From an uncultured delta proteobacterium (GTDB lineage: Bacteria > Desulfobacterota > Desulfobaccia > Desulfobaccales > 0-14-0-80-60-11), in assembly GCA_963841475.1 (NCBI GenBank), contig CAWJCT010000001.1, forward strand, positions 613,052 through 677,051: a stretch of DNA of 64,000 nt, in the 5' to 3' direction. The notes below the pieces were generated by a model, which saw nothing but the letters and a program-made list of their open reading frames with translations, searched no databases and had not been told where the DNA came from. Shown one piece after another: positions 40,369 through 51,878 of this stretch. The translations under genes and the position numbers were made by a program. Position 1 is the stretch's first letter; each line of letters begins with the position of its first letter.

Positions 40369-40573
40369 GGGGATTTCCTATAATCTTAACACGGTTGCAG
40401 GCCTTTTTTCGCCGCCGCATCCGGCGGCAGGTATTTTAAAGATATATTAATAAATATAAGCTGTTATGCCGATAATTTCTGGTATCCCGGGTGACGGTGG
40501 TCGGTGCGAGCCTGGGATGAAGGCGTAGGGGCCTCGGATCACGGTTATCCATCGGTGCAGGAAGGGGTAGAAC

Positions 40574-43500
40574 ATGGGCTTATCAAGCAAGATGTCCCCG
40601 CAGTCGTCCCGGGGCGCCGGCGCAGTCGCCCGCCAACTGGCTCTTTTATTGATTATGGCGCTGGCTCTGGCCTGGTCGGCGGCCATAGGCCCGGCCGCAG
40701 CCCAGGAACGGCCCGCCTCACCCGCCAAAAACGGGTTCGACTCCAAGAAACACTTCACCATCGTCAAGATCGAACCGGACGCCATGCAAGAGGAGGTCAG
40801 GATCTTTTTCAGCCAGCCGCTGTTGGTTGAGAAGCCTCCGGGGCAATCTGCGGTTGTTGCCCCGGGTCAAGATCGATTGGCAACGCATCACCTTGAGGCC
40901 GAAGGGGTCCTGACCCTGCGGGGCGCGTTTCCGGTACGCCACCGGCTATCTCATCAGCCTGCCCGAAACCCTGCGGGTGGGGAAAAAGACCTACCACCAG
41001 ACGGTCAAATCCTTTTTCATGCCCGACCGGCCGCCCAAGGTGGAATTCGTGGGCCCCCAGAGCGTCATCGAACGGGACAGCCGGCAGCTGCTGCACGTCC
41101 GGGCCCAAAACGTCAACAACTTGAGGTTTGAAGGCATCCGGGTGCCGCCGCTCCTCTTGCCCCTGGCCCTGGCGGTGGAGAAGTCCCCGGCCGACTGGGA
41201 CCGGCGTCTTGGCCGAACTCAAGACCGCCGTCGCTGGCCTCAAACCCTTCCTGACCTCCCATAAGGACCTGGCCGACGTTTGTCTCCCCGCCCCTGGCCG
41301 AGAAGCAACTCTTTCCCGCCGCCGGGGAGAAGAACAAGGCCTGGGCGGTGTCTCTGCCCCTGAGCTTCGACAGGGCAAGGAGGCCGGCGCCCTGGAACTA
41401 ATCCGGGTGGCCAGGACAACGAGGCCGGCAGTTCGGCGGCCACCCCGCCCCGGGTTTTTGAAATCACCAATCTGGGCCTGACCTATAAACGCGGCCAACA
41501 AAATCTGCTCCTCTGGGTGACCTCGCTCAAGGCCGGGACTCCCGTGGCCGGGGCCCGGGTTATGGGCTTCACCCGGGACATGGAGGCCTTTTCCCTGGGG
41601 CGCACCAACGCCGACGGCGTGCTGCTTTTGCGAACGCCATGACCTGGCGGGGCTGTCCCTTAAGAACCCCAAACAACCTGCAGCCGGTCAAGCGGGCAGT
41701 GAAGGAGGACGACCTGGTGCTGCTGGTGGCGGGGACCGGAGACGACGTGGCTTTCATCCAGGTCGCTGCCCCAGGGCAACCTCAAGCCCCAGGGGATCTG
41801 GCAGGTGAAGGCCGGCGAAAAAATCCGCAATCTCCGGGGCAACGTGTTTACAGAACGGGGCGTCTACCGGCCCGGGGAGAAGGTCTACTTCAAGGGCACG
41901 GTGCGGGAATACGGCCATGGGCCGCATTTTCCCGCCCACAGGGCGAAGTCTGCTCCTTTGAGCTCATCAGCCCCAAAGGCGAGCAGGTCTTTACCTATGA
42001 GGGCCGGACTTCGGATTTCGGCACGGCCGCCGGGGAAATCCTCACCCAGAGTTACTGGCCCCTGGGGACTTACACCCTGAACATGACCTATGGCCCGGAA
42101 ACCCCCGCCGCAAGCTCGCCGACGGCCCGTAAGGGCCGCCGGAGCGAGGACCCCTCCCTGGAGGGGGCGGCGACCGGCCCCAAAAACCAGGTGAGTGTCA
42201 CCTTTCAACTGCAGGAGTTCAAGCCGCCCCGGCACTTCGTCGGGATCAACTTCCAGCAGATCGTCAAACCCCTGAAGGGATACGTCAACCGGGGCGAGCA
42301 GCAATGCCCCCTTTGTCAGGATCGGCCTCACCGGCTCCTACTACGCCGGAGGGCAGGTCAAGCACGGCCAGGTGCGCTGGAAGATTTATCAATCCAAGAC
42401 CAGCTATCAGGTGCCGGGATATGACAACTTCACCTTCGGTTACGGCGGCGAAGATCAGGGCGCGTTGATCGAAAGCGGCCAGACCATTCTCGACGAGCAG
42501 GGGAGGGCGGAGCTGGAGTTTCCCCTGGACCGCCAGGTCATGAGACGGGGAGCACGGCCTCTCCGTGGTGGCCACCGTGGTGGACTTCGACGGCCGGGCC
42601 GCGTCGGAAACCAAGGTGTTCCAGGTGACGCCGGAAAAATTGGTGGGCATCAGCCGCCACCCGGAAGACGGCCCGGGCCGATGAGGAACAGGTCCTGAAC
42701 GGTTATGCTGGCCAGGCCGGACGGCAAGCGGATTACCCAAGGGCGCCGTCCAGGCCGAAATTCTGCAAAAGAGCTGGGCCTACGTGCCCAAGCGCAACGA
42801 GCAGGGCGACCTCTATTGGGATGGACAGGAAATCTGGCGCAAGACCGTGTCCAGCGACCTTACCCTGGAAAAAGGCACGGCCACCTTCCGTTTCAACTTC
42901 GCCTGGGGCGGCCGCTATCTTGTGGCCTTTACCTATACGGACGAAGGCCGGCCGCAGTTTCGCTTCGGCCACGGCCTTCGAGGTGAGCGGTGAAAACTAC
43001 GCTTACGAGAACCGGGAACGCCCTACCTGCCCCTGGCGTTGTCCGCGGACCGGCCGGCTTATAAGCCGGGGGAGACGGCCAGACTCACGGCCCGGTCCCG
43101 AACGCCCGGTGTCCCGCTACCTGGTCACCCTGGAGCAGGAAGGCGTGCTGAAGTACCAGGTGATTACCCCGAAAGCGGAGGCCGAGAACCTGGAAATTCC
43201 CATCCGGGCCGAATACGCCCCCAATGTCTTACGTTTCGGTCCTGGGACTGACGCCCCGGGGGGAATTCCCGGTGTACGCCGGCCACTATGACTCCCAGGC
43301 GCCCGGCTTTTACTGGGGCACCCTCAACCTGCCGGTCCGCCACGAAGTGGAAGGCCTCCAGGTCAAGATCAGCCCGGCGGTCAGGGAACTCAAGGCCGAG
43401 CCCGGTGCCAAGGTCACCCTGGACTTCACCGTCCAAAATCCCAAGGGCGGCGGGGCCGAAGCCGAAATGGCCGTGGCGGTGGTGGATGAAGCCGTCCTGG

Positions 43501-45783
43501 CCTTGACCGGGTTTAAGACTCCCAGCCTGGAGGGCCTGACCCGGTTCGACCGGCCCCTGGGGGTGTTTACCGGGGAACTACGGGCTTTGCTGGTTCACCA
43601 GACTCCTTTCTATCTTTCTAAGAACGAGCCCCTGACCGGCGGCGGCGGCTGAGCGAAGAGGTCATGTCCAAGCTCCGGCGGCGCTTCGAGGCGGTGGCCT
43701 TATTTCAACGCCCAGGTGCACACCGACGCCCAGGGCCGGGCCCAGGTAAGTTTCACCCTGCCCGACAACATGACCACCTACCGGATTTACGCCGTGGTCC
43801 TGGACCGAAGGCAGCCGCTTTGCCAGCGCCGAGCGGCCCCTGCTGGCCACCAAGGACTTTTATCTGGAACCGGGTCTGCCCGGATTTCTTCACCCAGGGC
43901 GATACCTTTAAGTTTCAGGTGGCCGCGTTCAACGCCACCGGCGAGCACGGGGCCGGTGAAATTCAGCGCCGTGGGGGACGGCGGGCTGTTTCTCACCGCC
44001 ACGGAACCCGAAGGCAGACAGCTCAAACCCAAAGACAGCCTGAAGCTCAAGGTCACCGGCAAAGCGGCCACCAGCCGGCCCGGCCGGCGGCCCGTTTCGC
44101 AGGCGAGTTCCAGGGGCGGACCGACGCGGTGGAACTCAAGCTGCCCATCAACTCCGGGTACGTCCGGGATACCCAGGTCTGGTTCGGTTCCCTGGCCGGG
44201 GCCTCCGAGATCAAGGTCCCGCTCCCCGCTTACCTGACCGGCAAGGACGCCGGCCAGATCAACCCGGAGGAGGTCCAGGCGGTGCTGACCCTGGCCGGGT
44301 CGCCCTTCTTGCGGATGACCGACGCCATCCACTACCTGCTCAATACCCGTATGGCTGCGTGGAGCAGACCAGTTCCGGGGTCCTGGCCCTGGCGGCCTTC
44401 CGGGGGGTGATCCAGCAAGGGCTGGTGTCCGGGGTGAGCCTGGCCAGACACCGATAAATATCTGAACCGGGGGGTGCAGCGCATCTTGAGCCTGCAGACC
44501 GACTCCGGCGGCTTTGCCTATTGGCCGGGGCAGCGGGAACCCCACGTCTGGGGTTCGATCTATGCCGCCGCGGCCTTGAGCCTGGCCCAGGAGAAACGGC
44601 CTCGACGGTGCCGGAGAGGCCCTGAGCCAGGCCCTGGATTACCTGAAAACCCAGATCCAGGAGCCGAAACGCTCCCCCGCCGTCAAGGCTTTTGCCGCCT
44701 ACGTCCTGGCCCTGAACAAGTCTCTGGACCGGGACACTTTTAGCGCCGCCAGGCGCAATTATGCCAAGATGCACCGGGAGAGCAAAATCCTGCTGCTGTT
44801 GGCGGCCAGGCTGGCGGAACTGCGGCCCGTGCCAGGAACTTCAGGCCGCGCTGAAACCGCTGTTGGGCGGCAGGTGCCGGAGCCCGACTGATGACGATCC
44901 CGAGGAATTCCCGGCCGAGTTCCGCAGCCCGGCCCTGGCCCTCCTGGCGGCTGCCAGCCATCATGCCGCAGGACCCCGCTCACCAAAGAGGAGGCGCTGC
45001 TCCTGCTGGGGGGCCTGGACCGCCAGGGCATCTGGACCTCCACCAGCCGACACCGGCTGGGCCCTCCTGGCCCTGGGAAGCTACTTCAAGGGTGTGAGCT
45101 TCGGGACCGAGCCGGTGGAGATCGCCATCAGCCAGCCCGGCGTCCCCGCCAGCCCGAGCGCTCAAACTGGACCCCAAGGGCTTCCGCACCGTGGGCCTGG
45201 ACGCCGCAGGCCCTGCTCAAGAACCCGGTGGTCAAGATCGAAGGCCAGGCCGGCAAAACCTGGCTCTACAAGCTGGAGCTGACCGGCCCCCGGCTGGATA
45301 TCGCCGGCACCGGGGCCGCCCACGGCTTTAAGGTCCGCCAGGTCATCAAGAACACCGATGGCTCGGAGGACATCAAGGTGGGCGACCTGGTGAAGGTTAC
45401 GGTCTTCCTGGACGTGGCCGGCAAGGAGCAGCGCTACGTGGTGCTGGATGACCCCCTGCCTGCGGGGCTGATGGCCCTCAACACCGCCTTCAAGACCGAG
45501 GAGCCGGTCCCGGCAGGACGAGCGAGTCGGAATCCGACGACGACTTCGATTACGTCACCGCCGAAGGCACCATGCGGTTCCGTCCCAATTATTTCGAGAT
45601 CCGGAACGACCGGGTGCTGGCCTTCCGGGACCAGGTCTACTCCGGCTCCTACGGTTCGAGTATTATTGCCGGGCCGTGTGCGAGGGCAAGTTCGTGGTCC
45701 CCGCCACCCGGGTGGCGGCCATGTACTCGCCGGGGGTGAACGGCTACTCCCCCCAGGGAGAGCTGATCGTCAAGGGGCGCTGA
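40574..45783 (+). pseudogene. yfhM: Alpha-2-macroglobulin family protein (YfhM-like, thioester-containing), at least 12 frame breaks
   Basis: Signal peptide. MG-domain strings lie across different frames (YRPGEKVYFKG, VSVTFQLQEFKPP, PAYKPGETARL, MAVAVVDEAVLALTG, LPDNMTTYRIYAV). Thioester motif YPYGCVEQ is at 44356-44367. C-terminal ...MYSPGVNGYSPQGELIVKGR. Confidence 0.85.
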
Positions 45784-48214
45784 TGCTGAAGCGGCTGCCA
45801 TGGGGGCGTCCCGCCTGGTGCCTGACTGCGGCCTTGCTGGCCCTGGCCGTCCTGGCCTGGCATTTCGCGGCCGCCTCGCGCCTGGACCTGTCGGCCCTGG
45901 AAGCGAGGCCCGGCCCCCTGGTGCTGGACCGGACAGGCCGGCCCTTGCGCCTGGTGTCCGGGGCCCAGGGGCGCAAACTGGTCACCCTGCCCGACGGAGC
46001 CGTGCCCGCCCTGGTGGCCGCGGCCTTCGTGGCCGCGGAGGACCAGAGATTCTGGCGCCATCCGGGCCTCGATCCCCTGGCCATCCTCCGGGCCGCCATG
46101 AGCAACCTGAGCCACGGGCGCATCGTGTCCGGGGCTTCCACCATCACCCAGCAACTGGCCCGCCTCACCTACCCCGGGCCCCGGAGTTATTACCGCAAGC
46201 TGGTGGAGATCTGCCGCAGCCTCAGGATGAGGTGGCCCTCAGCAAGGACGAAATCCTGCGGCGCTACCTCGACCGGGTGCCCCTGGGCAATAACCTCATG
46301 GGGGTCGAGGCCGGGGCCTGGGCCTATTTCGGCAAGCCCGCCTCCCGGTTGGACGTCAGGTGAAGCCGCCACTCCTGGCCGCCCTGGTCAAGGCCCCTGG
46401 GACCCTGAACCCCTACGGCTCCCACCGGGAGCGCCTCCTGGCGCGGCAGCGCTGGGTCCTCAGCCGCATGGCCCGGCTCGGGCTATCTCAACCCCGGGGA
46501 ACTCCAGACCCGGCAGTCCGAACCCGTCAGGTTTCTGGGCACCGGCCCCCGGCCGCCGGCATTCCCCTTTGAAGCCCCCCATTTCGTCAACCTGGTCCTG
46601 GCCCGGGAGAAGCCGGCGGCCCCGGGTCCCCAGCGGCTCAGGACCACCCTGGACCTGCCGCTGCAGCGGCGGGCCCAGGCCATCGTGAACTCGCACCGGA
46701 CCCGGCTCCTCAAGGCCGGCGCCTCCCAGGCCGCCGCGGTGATCATCGCCAACCGCTCCCGGGAAGTTCTGGCCCTGGTGGGCTCCTGCGCCTATGGCTC
46801 CCGGGACCGGGGCTTCAACAACGGCGCCGCGGCCTGGCGCTCGCCGGGTTCGGCGCTGAAGCCCTTTCTCTACGCCCTGGCCCTGGACCAGGGGTTCACC
46901 CCCGCCTCGGTGCTGGAGGACGTGGAACGGCGCTACCGCACGCCCCGGGGCGAGTTTATCCCGGCCAACTTCGACCGCGTGTCCCACGGCCCCGTTTCTT
47001 TCCGGGAGGCCCTGGGCAATTCCCTCAACCTCTCCACCGTCCATCTCCTCAACCTGATGGGGCCGGAGACCTATTACGACACGCTGGTCGGGCTCAACCT
47101 CATCAACCACCCGGAATTTACCCCGGAGCACTACGGCCTGGGCATGGTGGTGGGCAACCCCGAAGTCAGCCTCCTGCAACTGGCCGCGGCCTATGCCTGC
47201 CTGGCCAATGGCGGGAAATTCGCCCCCCTGCGCCTGACGCTGGATTCCCCCAAAGCCGACGGGACGCCGGTCTTTACCCCCCAGGCGGCCTTTATCATCA
47301 GCGACATCTTGAGCGATCCCATGGCCCGGACCCGCATCTTCGGCGGCGCCTCGGCCATGAACCCGCCTTACCGGATGGCCATCAAGACCGGGACCAGCAC
47401 CCACTACCGGGATTTGTGGGCCGTGGCCTACACCCCGGAGTATACCGTGGCGGTGTGGGTGGGCAATTTCGACGGCCGGCCCACCGCGGGTCTCAGCGGC
47501 GCCACCGCCGCCGCCCCGATTGTGGCCGACCTGGCCGGAGCCCTGTTTGCCGGGAGTCGCCGCCGGCGTTTAGACAAGCCCGCCGGGGTCGCCACCGCCG
47601 AGGTGTGCGCCTTCTCCGGCCTCAAACCCGGGCCGGCTTGCGGCGACCTTCGCCAGGAGCTGTTTATGGCCGGCACCGAACCCCAGGCGATCTGTTCCTA
47701 TCACCACCCCCAGGAACCCTGGCACCGCATGCCCGCCAATTTTGCCGGCTGGCTCCATCAGCGCTACGAGAAAGGGGGCGAAGGCCGATTCCGCCTGGCT
47801 GACTTCGATCAGGATTTGGGGAAAACCTTTCAGGGGCCGGGGCCCGCTGACCCGAAGGCCGGGGCTGGGCCCCATCGCCGGGGCGACGCCCTGGTACTCG
47901 GCCGCCCCACGACCCCGCCGCTGGGCGGTTATCCCCCCGCCAGGGCCGGCGGCCTGGGGCTCCGGGTCAGCATCAGCTACCCTCTGCCCGGAGACCGGTT
48001 TCTGTTGGCGCCCCGGGCCGAGGTCATCCGGGTGATTTCCAAAGTTTTGTGCCGTGACCCCCTCAAGGCGGTCACCTGGTTCGTGGACGGCCGGGAAGTG
48101 GCCGCCACCGGCCCGCCCTATGAACTGCCCGTCGACTTAACCCGGGGCCACCACCGGCTCACCGTGGTGGGGCCGGGCGGTCAGGGCGATGCCGTGGAGG
48201 TGGTGGTCCAGTGA
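45783..48214 (+). pseudogene. pbpC: Penicillin-binding protein 1C, about 3 frameshifts
   Basis: AEDQRFWRHPG and GASTITQQ (glycosyltransferase). SPGSALKP, GNSLN and IKTGTS (transpeptidase). The ATG overlaps the A2M stop (TGATG at 45781-45785). Confidence 0.85.
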
Positions 48215-48367
48215 GGCCTGACGCTCCGGGAGGGTGATTTTTGCTCTTGGGTGGTCGCCAACGAATTATATTTGAAGGAAGGGGACCCGGAGGGCCGTCG
48301 TTGGGGTGGGCAGGTGCCGGTTTAACCAGATTCCGTTCTAAAGAGATAAGGAAATTTTCGGGATCGC

Positions 48368-48429
48368 AGGGACGCACCTGCGTGTGCACCCTTTGGAGGG
48401 CGGACACCCAGGTCCGCCCCTACAAAAGC
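48368..48429. repeat. Family B double-hairpin repeat
   Basis: GGGACGCACCTGCGTGTGCACCCTTTGGAGGGCGGACACCCAGGTCCGCCCCTACAAAAG. Near-copy of 51748-51808. Located between convergent genes. Confidence 0.8.
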
Positions 48430-48458
48430 TTCTAGTACCTGTTTGAGCGTATCAACCC

Positions 48459-48983
48459 TTACTTGGGAACCGGGTTTTCTATCGTCTCAATCTTGAGAGG
48501 TTTCTTGAGAGCGGCTCCAAGGGATTTGGCCGCGTCCTCGGCTTCGCTCTGGGAGGAAAATGGCCCCAGCCAAACCTGAAAGCGGTTTATATCCCTGGGG
48601 TCCCGCTGAACAAAGGCGGGTTTTCCTGCCTTTTTTAGCCGGGCCAGCATCTTCTCGGCATCCCGGTATTTTTTATAAGTCCTCGCCAAAATGCCGTAGC
48701 GCTGGCTCGGCTCCAGGGGCGGGAGAACCGTAACTTGCGGTTCCTGGCTGGAAGCCGCCCCCATGGGGGGGCCGGCGGGTTCAATGGGGGGGGCGGGTGT
48801 TGCGGGCGCCGGGACTGCCGACGGTGCCGGCTTGGCCGGAGCCGTCGCCGCGGTCGGACCAGGGGCAGTGCCGGGGCTCGGCCCGGTTTTCCCAGGGCCG
48901 CCGGTAAAGAGGTAATACAGGACCACTAACAGGACAATTACTCCGGCCTCAACTGCCAATCCGCGCCAGGATTTCAGGTTCAT
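48459..48983 (-). CDS. SPOR domain-containing protein
   Basis: N-terminal TM, Pro/Ala-rich linker, C-terminal SPOR-like YGILARTYKKYRDAEKMLARLKKAGKPAFV...WLGPFSSQSEAE. Confidence 0.75.
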   Translation of the reverse strand: MNLKSWRGLAVEAGVIVLLVVLYYLFTGGPGKTGPSPGTAPGPTAATAPAKPAPSAVPAPATPAPPIEPAGPPMGAASSQEPQVTVLPPLEPSQRYGILARTYKKYRDAEKMLARLKKAGKPAFVQRDPRDINRFQVWLGPFSSQSEAEDAAKSLGAALKKPLKIETIENPVPK

Positions 48984-49017
48984 AGAGCCTCGGCCCGCAC
49001 AATATTGGTCCAGTGTC

Positions 49018-49341
49018 CTACCGCACCGGCTGGACGAGAGGCGGTGTGGTGATCAGGAGTTCCGGTGGAAGCATCATGCGTTGGTTCCATACCTCGTCAT
49101 AGGTCAGGTAGCCTTTGTTACCAGTGTCGCACTTCTGGAAAACTTCCAAACCCTTGTTTTTGTCATTGGTGCGCGCCATGAACTCCTCCGGAGTGATCTT
49201 GCCGTCACGGTTCGTGTCCAGGGCCGAACACAGGGCGTTCCGGTCCGTTTGGGCCTGCTTGTCCTCCGTGGTCGCACAACCAGCCATCAGGAGTGCAGCT
49301 AACAGGGTTGCCAGCGCGATCATGCCTAAGCGCCTTATCAT
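49018..49341 (-). CDS. EF-hand lipoprotein
   Basis: Lipobox LLMAGC. EF-hand loops DTNRDGKITPEEF and DTGNKGYLTYDEV. Confidence 0.7.
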   Translation of the reverse strand: MIRRLGMIALATLLAALLMAGCATTEDKQAQTDRNALCSALDTNRDGKITPEEFMARTNDKNKGLEVFQKCDTGNKGYLTYDEVWNQRMMLPPELLITTPPLVQPVR

Positions 49342-49575
49342 CTGCGGCCTCCTTACTCCCTCCCGGAATCTTGGACTGATTCCACCATAGCACAGAAGGT
49401 CTTCCCAAGAAACTGTTTATTAAATTGGCCCAAGACGAACGCTTTCATGACCCGGGTTCAGGAGGCGCCGGACGCCCGAGCTTGACAGGCAGGCGCCGGT
49501 GGGATAACAATGAGCGGGAGAACGGCCAGCGCACCGGCAAAATTTCTCTTGAGACTCGGATAAGAGGTTAAACTC

Positions 49576-50553
49576 ATGGAACTGTTATTTCGTCCCCGGC
49601 GCTTGAGACGGCGGGAACCCCTGCGGCGCATGGTGCGGGAGACGCACCTGCGCCCCGAAGATTTCATCTACCCCATGTTTGCGGCCCCGGGCAGCCGGGT
49701 GCGCCAGGAAGTGCCGTCCATGCCCGGCGTGGCCCGCCTGTCCGCCGACCTGCTGGTGGAGGAGGCCAAAGCTGCCCTGGATGTGGGGGTGCCCGCGGTT
49801 CTCCTCTTCGGACTGCCGGTCAAGAAAGACGACACCGGTTCCGAGGCCGCCTCCCCCAAGGGCGCGGTGCAGCAGGCGGTCAGACAGCTCAAGAAAAAGC
49901 TTTCCGAACTGGTGGTGATCACTGACGTTTGTCTGTGCGGCTATACCTCTCACGGCCACTGCGGCTTGCTGTCCGGCCAGGAGGTGGACAACGACACCAC
50001 CTTGGAGGTCCTGGGGCAGGTGGCGTTATCTCACGCCGAGGCCGGGGCCGACATGGTGGCGCCGTCCGACATGATGGACGGCAGGGTAGGGGCCATCCGG
50101 GAGGCCCTGGACGAGCGGGGCTTCGAGATGGTGCCCATCATGTCCTACGCGGTTAAATACGCCTCCGCCTTCTACGGGCCTTTCCGGGACGCGGCGGAGT
50201 CCGCCCCGGCCTTCGGGGACCGGCGGGCCTACCAGATGGACCCGGCCAACATCCGGGAAGCTCTGCGGGAAGCCGCCCTGGACGTGGAGGAGGGGGCCGA
50301 TCTCCTCATGGTCAAGCCCGCCCTGCCGTACCTGGACGTCATCGCCCAGCTGGCCGCCGAGTTCGAACTGCCCCTGGCCGCCTACCAGGTGAGCGGCGAA
50401 TACGCCATGATCAAGGCCGCCGCGGCTAACGGCTGGCTGGATGAGACCGCGGTGATGCTGGAGTCGCTCCTGGCCATCAAGCGCGCCGGCGCCGACTTGA
50501 TCCTCACTTATTTCGCCAAACAGGCGGCCCAGGTACTGGCCAAACAGGGTTAG
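49576..50553 (+). CDS. hemB: Porphobilinogen synthase (delta-aminolevulinate dehydratase)
   Basis: RPRRLRR, Zn site [12 protein letters not shown], active-site [10 protein letters not shown]. 325 aa. Confidence 0.95.
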   Translation: MELLFRPRRLRRREPLRRMVRETHLRPEDFIYPMFAAPGSRVRQEVPSMPGVARLSADLLVEEAKAALDVGVPAVLLFGLPVKKDDTGSEAASPKGAVQQAVRQLKKKLSELVVITDVCLCGYTSHGHCGLLSGQEVDNDTTLEVLGQVALSHAEAGADMVAPSDMMDGRVGAIREALDERGFEMVPIMSYAVKYASAFYGPFRDAAESAPAFGDRRAYQMDPANIREALREAALDVEEGADLLMVKPALPYLDVIAQLAAEFELPLAAYQVSGEYAMIKAAAANGWLDETAVMLESLLAIKRAGADLILTYFAKQAAQVLAKQG

Positions 50554-50570
50554 GGAACCGGAGGTAAGAG

Positions 50571-51704
50571 ATGTTCGGCCATCGTGTGAAACTGTTTAAA
50601 CTCCTCGGGTTCGAGGTGCGCATCGATGCGAGTTGGATCGTCATCGCGGTGCTGGTCACCTGGTCCCTGGCCAAAGGGGCCTTTCCTTCCTGGTATCCGA
50701 ATCTTACCCCGGAGACCTACTGGATCATGGGGGTGGTGGGGGCCCTGGGGCTCTTCGTCTCCATCGTGGCCCATGAGTTCTGCCATTCCCTGGTGGCCCG
50801 GAAGTTCGGCATGGCCATGAAGGGCATCACCCTGTTCATCTTCGGCGGCGTGGCGGAGATGGGGGAGGAGCCGCCTACTGCCAAAGCCGAATTCATGATG
50901 GCCATCGCCGGCCCCCTGTCCAGTCTGGCGATTGGCGGCTGCTGTTACCTGATCTACCTTTTGGGGTTGCAGAGCCATTGGCCCACCCCGGTCAATGCCG
51001 TCAACTATTACCTCTTCTACATCAACGTCATCCTGGCGGCCTTCAACCTCCTGCCGGCCTTCCCCCTGGACGGCGGCCGGGTGCTGCGCTCCATCCTCTG
51101 GGGCGCCAAGGGCAACATGCGCTGGGCCACCCGGGTGTCCTCCTCCATCGGCTCGGCCTTCGGCCTCGGCCTCATCTTCCTGGGCGTTATCCGGTTCATC
51201 AGCCACGACATCATCGGCGGGGTGTGGATGTTCCTCATCGGCATGTTCCTGAGGAACGCGGCCCAGACGTCATATCAGCAGCTCCTGGTGCGCAAGGCCC
51301 TGGAGGGCGAACCGGTGAGCCGCTTTATGAACGCCCACCCGGTGACCGTGCCGGATTCCCTCACCGTGGCCCAACTGGTGGACGACTATATCTATAAATA
51401 TCATTATAAAATGTTTCCGGTCATGGCCGGGGAGAAGCTGGCGGGCTGCATCACCACCCGGCAGGTGAAGGAGATTCCCCGGGAGGCGTGGGAGCGGGAG
51501 ACCATCCGGGAAGCGGCCAGCCCCTGCTCGCCGGAAAATACCATCTCGCCCGGGACCGACGCCATCAAGGCCCTGGCCATGATGAACCAGAGCGGGGTCA
51601 GCCGGCTGCTGGTGGTGGAGAAGGGCCGCCTGGTGGGACTGGTCTCCTTAAAAGACCTGCTGGATTTCTTCTCTCTCAAGGTGGAACTGGAAGAGCAGGA
51701 TTGA
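50571..51704 (+). CDS. Site-2 protease family (M50) metalloprotease with a C-terminal CBS pair
   Basis: HEFCHSLVA (HExxH), NLLPAFPLDGGRV, then two CBS-like repeats. Confidence 0.85.
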   Translation: MFGHRVKLFKLLGFEVRIDASWIVIAVLVTWSLAKGAFPSWYPNLTPETYWIMGVVGALGLFVSIVAHEFCHSLVARKFGMAMKGITLFIFGGVAEMGEEPPTAKAEFMMAIAGPLSSLAIGGCCYLIYLLGLQSHWPTPVNAVNYYLFYINVILAAFNLLPAFPLDGGRVLRSILWGAKGNMRWATRVSSSIGSAFGLGLIFLGVIRFISHDIIGGVWMFLIGMFLRNAAQTSYQQLLVRKALEGEPVSRFMNAHPVTVPDSLTVAQLVDDYIYKYHYKMFPVMAGEKLAGCITTRQVKEIPREAWERETIREAASPCSPENTISPGTDAIKALAMMNQSGVSRLLVVEKGRLVGLVSLKDLLDFFSLKVELEEQD

Positions 51705-51747
51705 TCGAAGGTTGAGACCTCCGGGAAAAGCTCGGGTGAAATATAGT

Positions 51748-51808
51748 GTAGGGGGACACCCGCGTGTGCCCCTTTGGAGGGCGGACACGCAGGTCCGCCC
51801 CTACAAAA
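51748..51808. repeat. Family B double-hairpin repeat
   Basis: TGTAGGGGGACACCCGCGTGTGCCCCTTTGGAGGGCGGACACGCAGGTCCGCCCCTACAAAAG, between convergent genes. Confidence 0.8.
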
Positions 51809-51878
51809 GATAGACTACCTGCATGGGCGCAATTCGGTCTCCGGCTGTTGAAGCAAGGAATAAACCTGGAATCCTCAC

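Noticed and set aside
40279-40573. M-box (Mg2+) riboswitch upstream of the MgtA-like gene
   Set aside because: I could not find the conserved M-box core sequences by eye. This is kept only as a low-interest leader observation.
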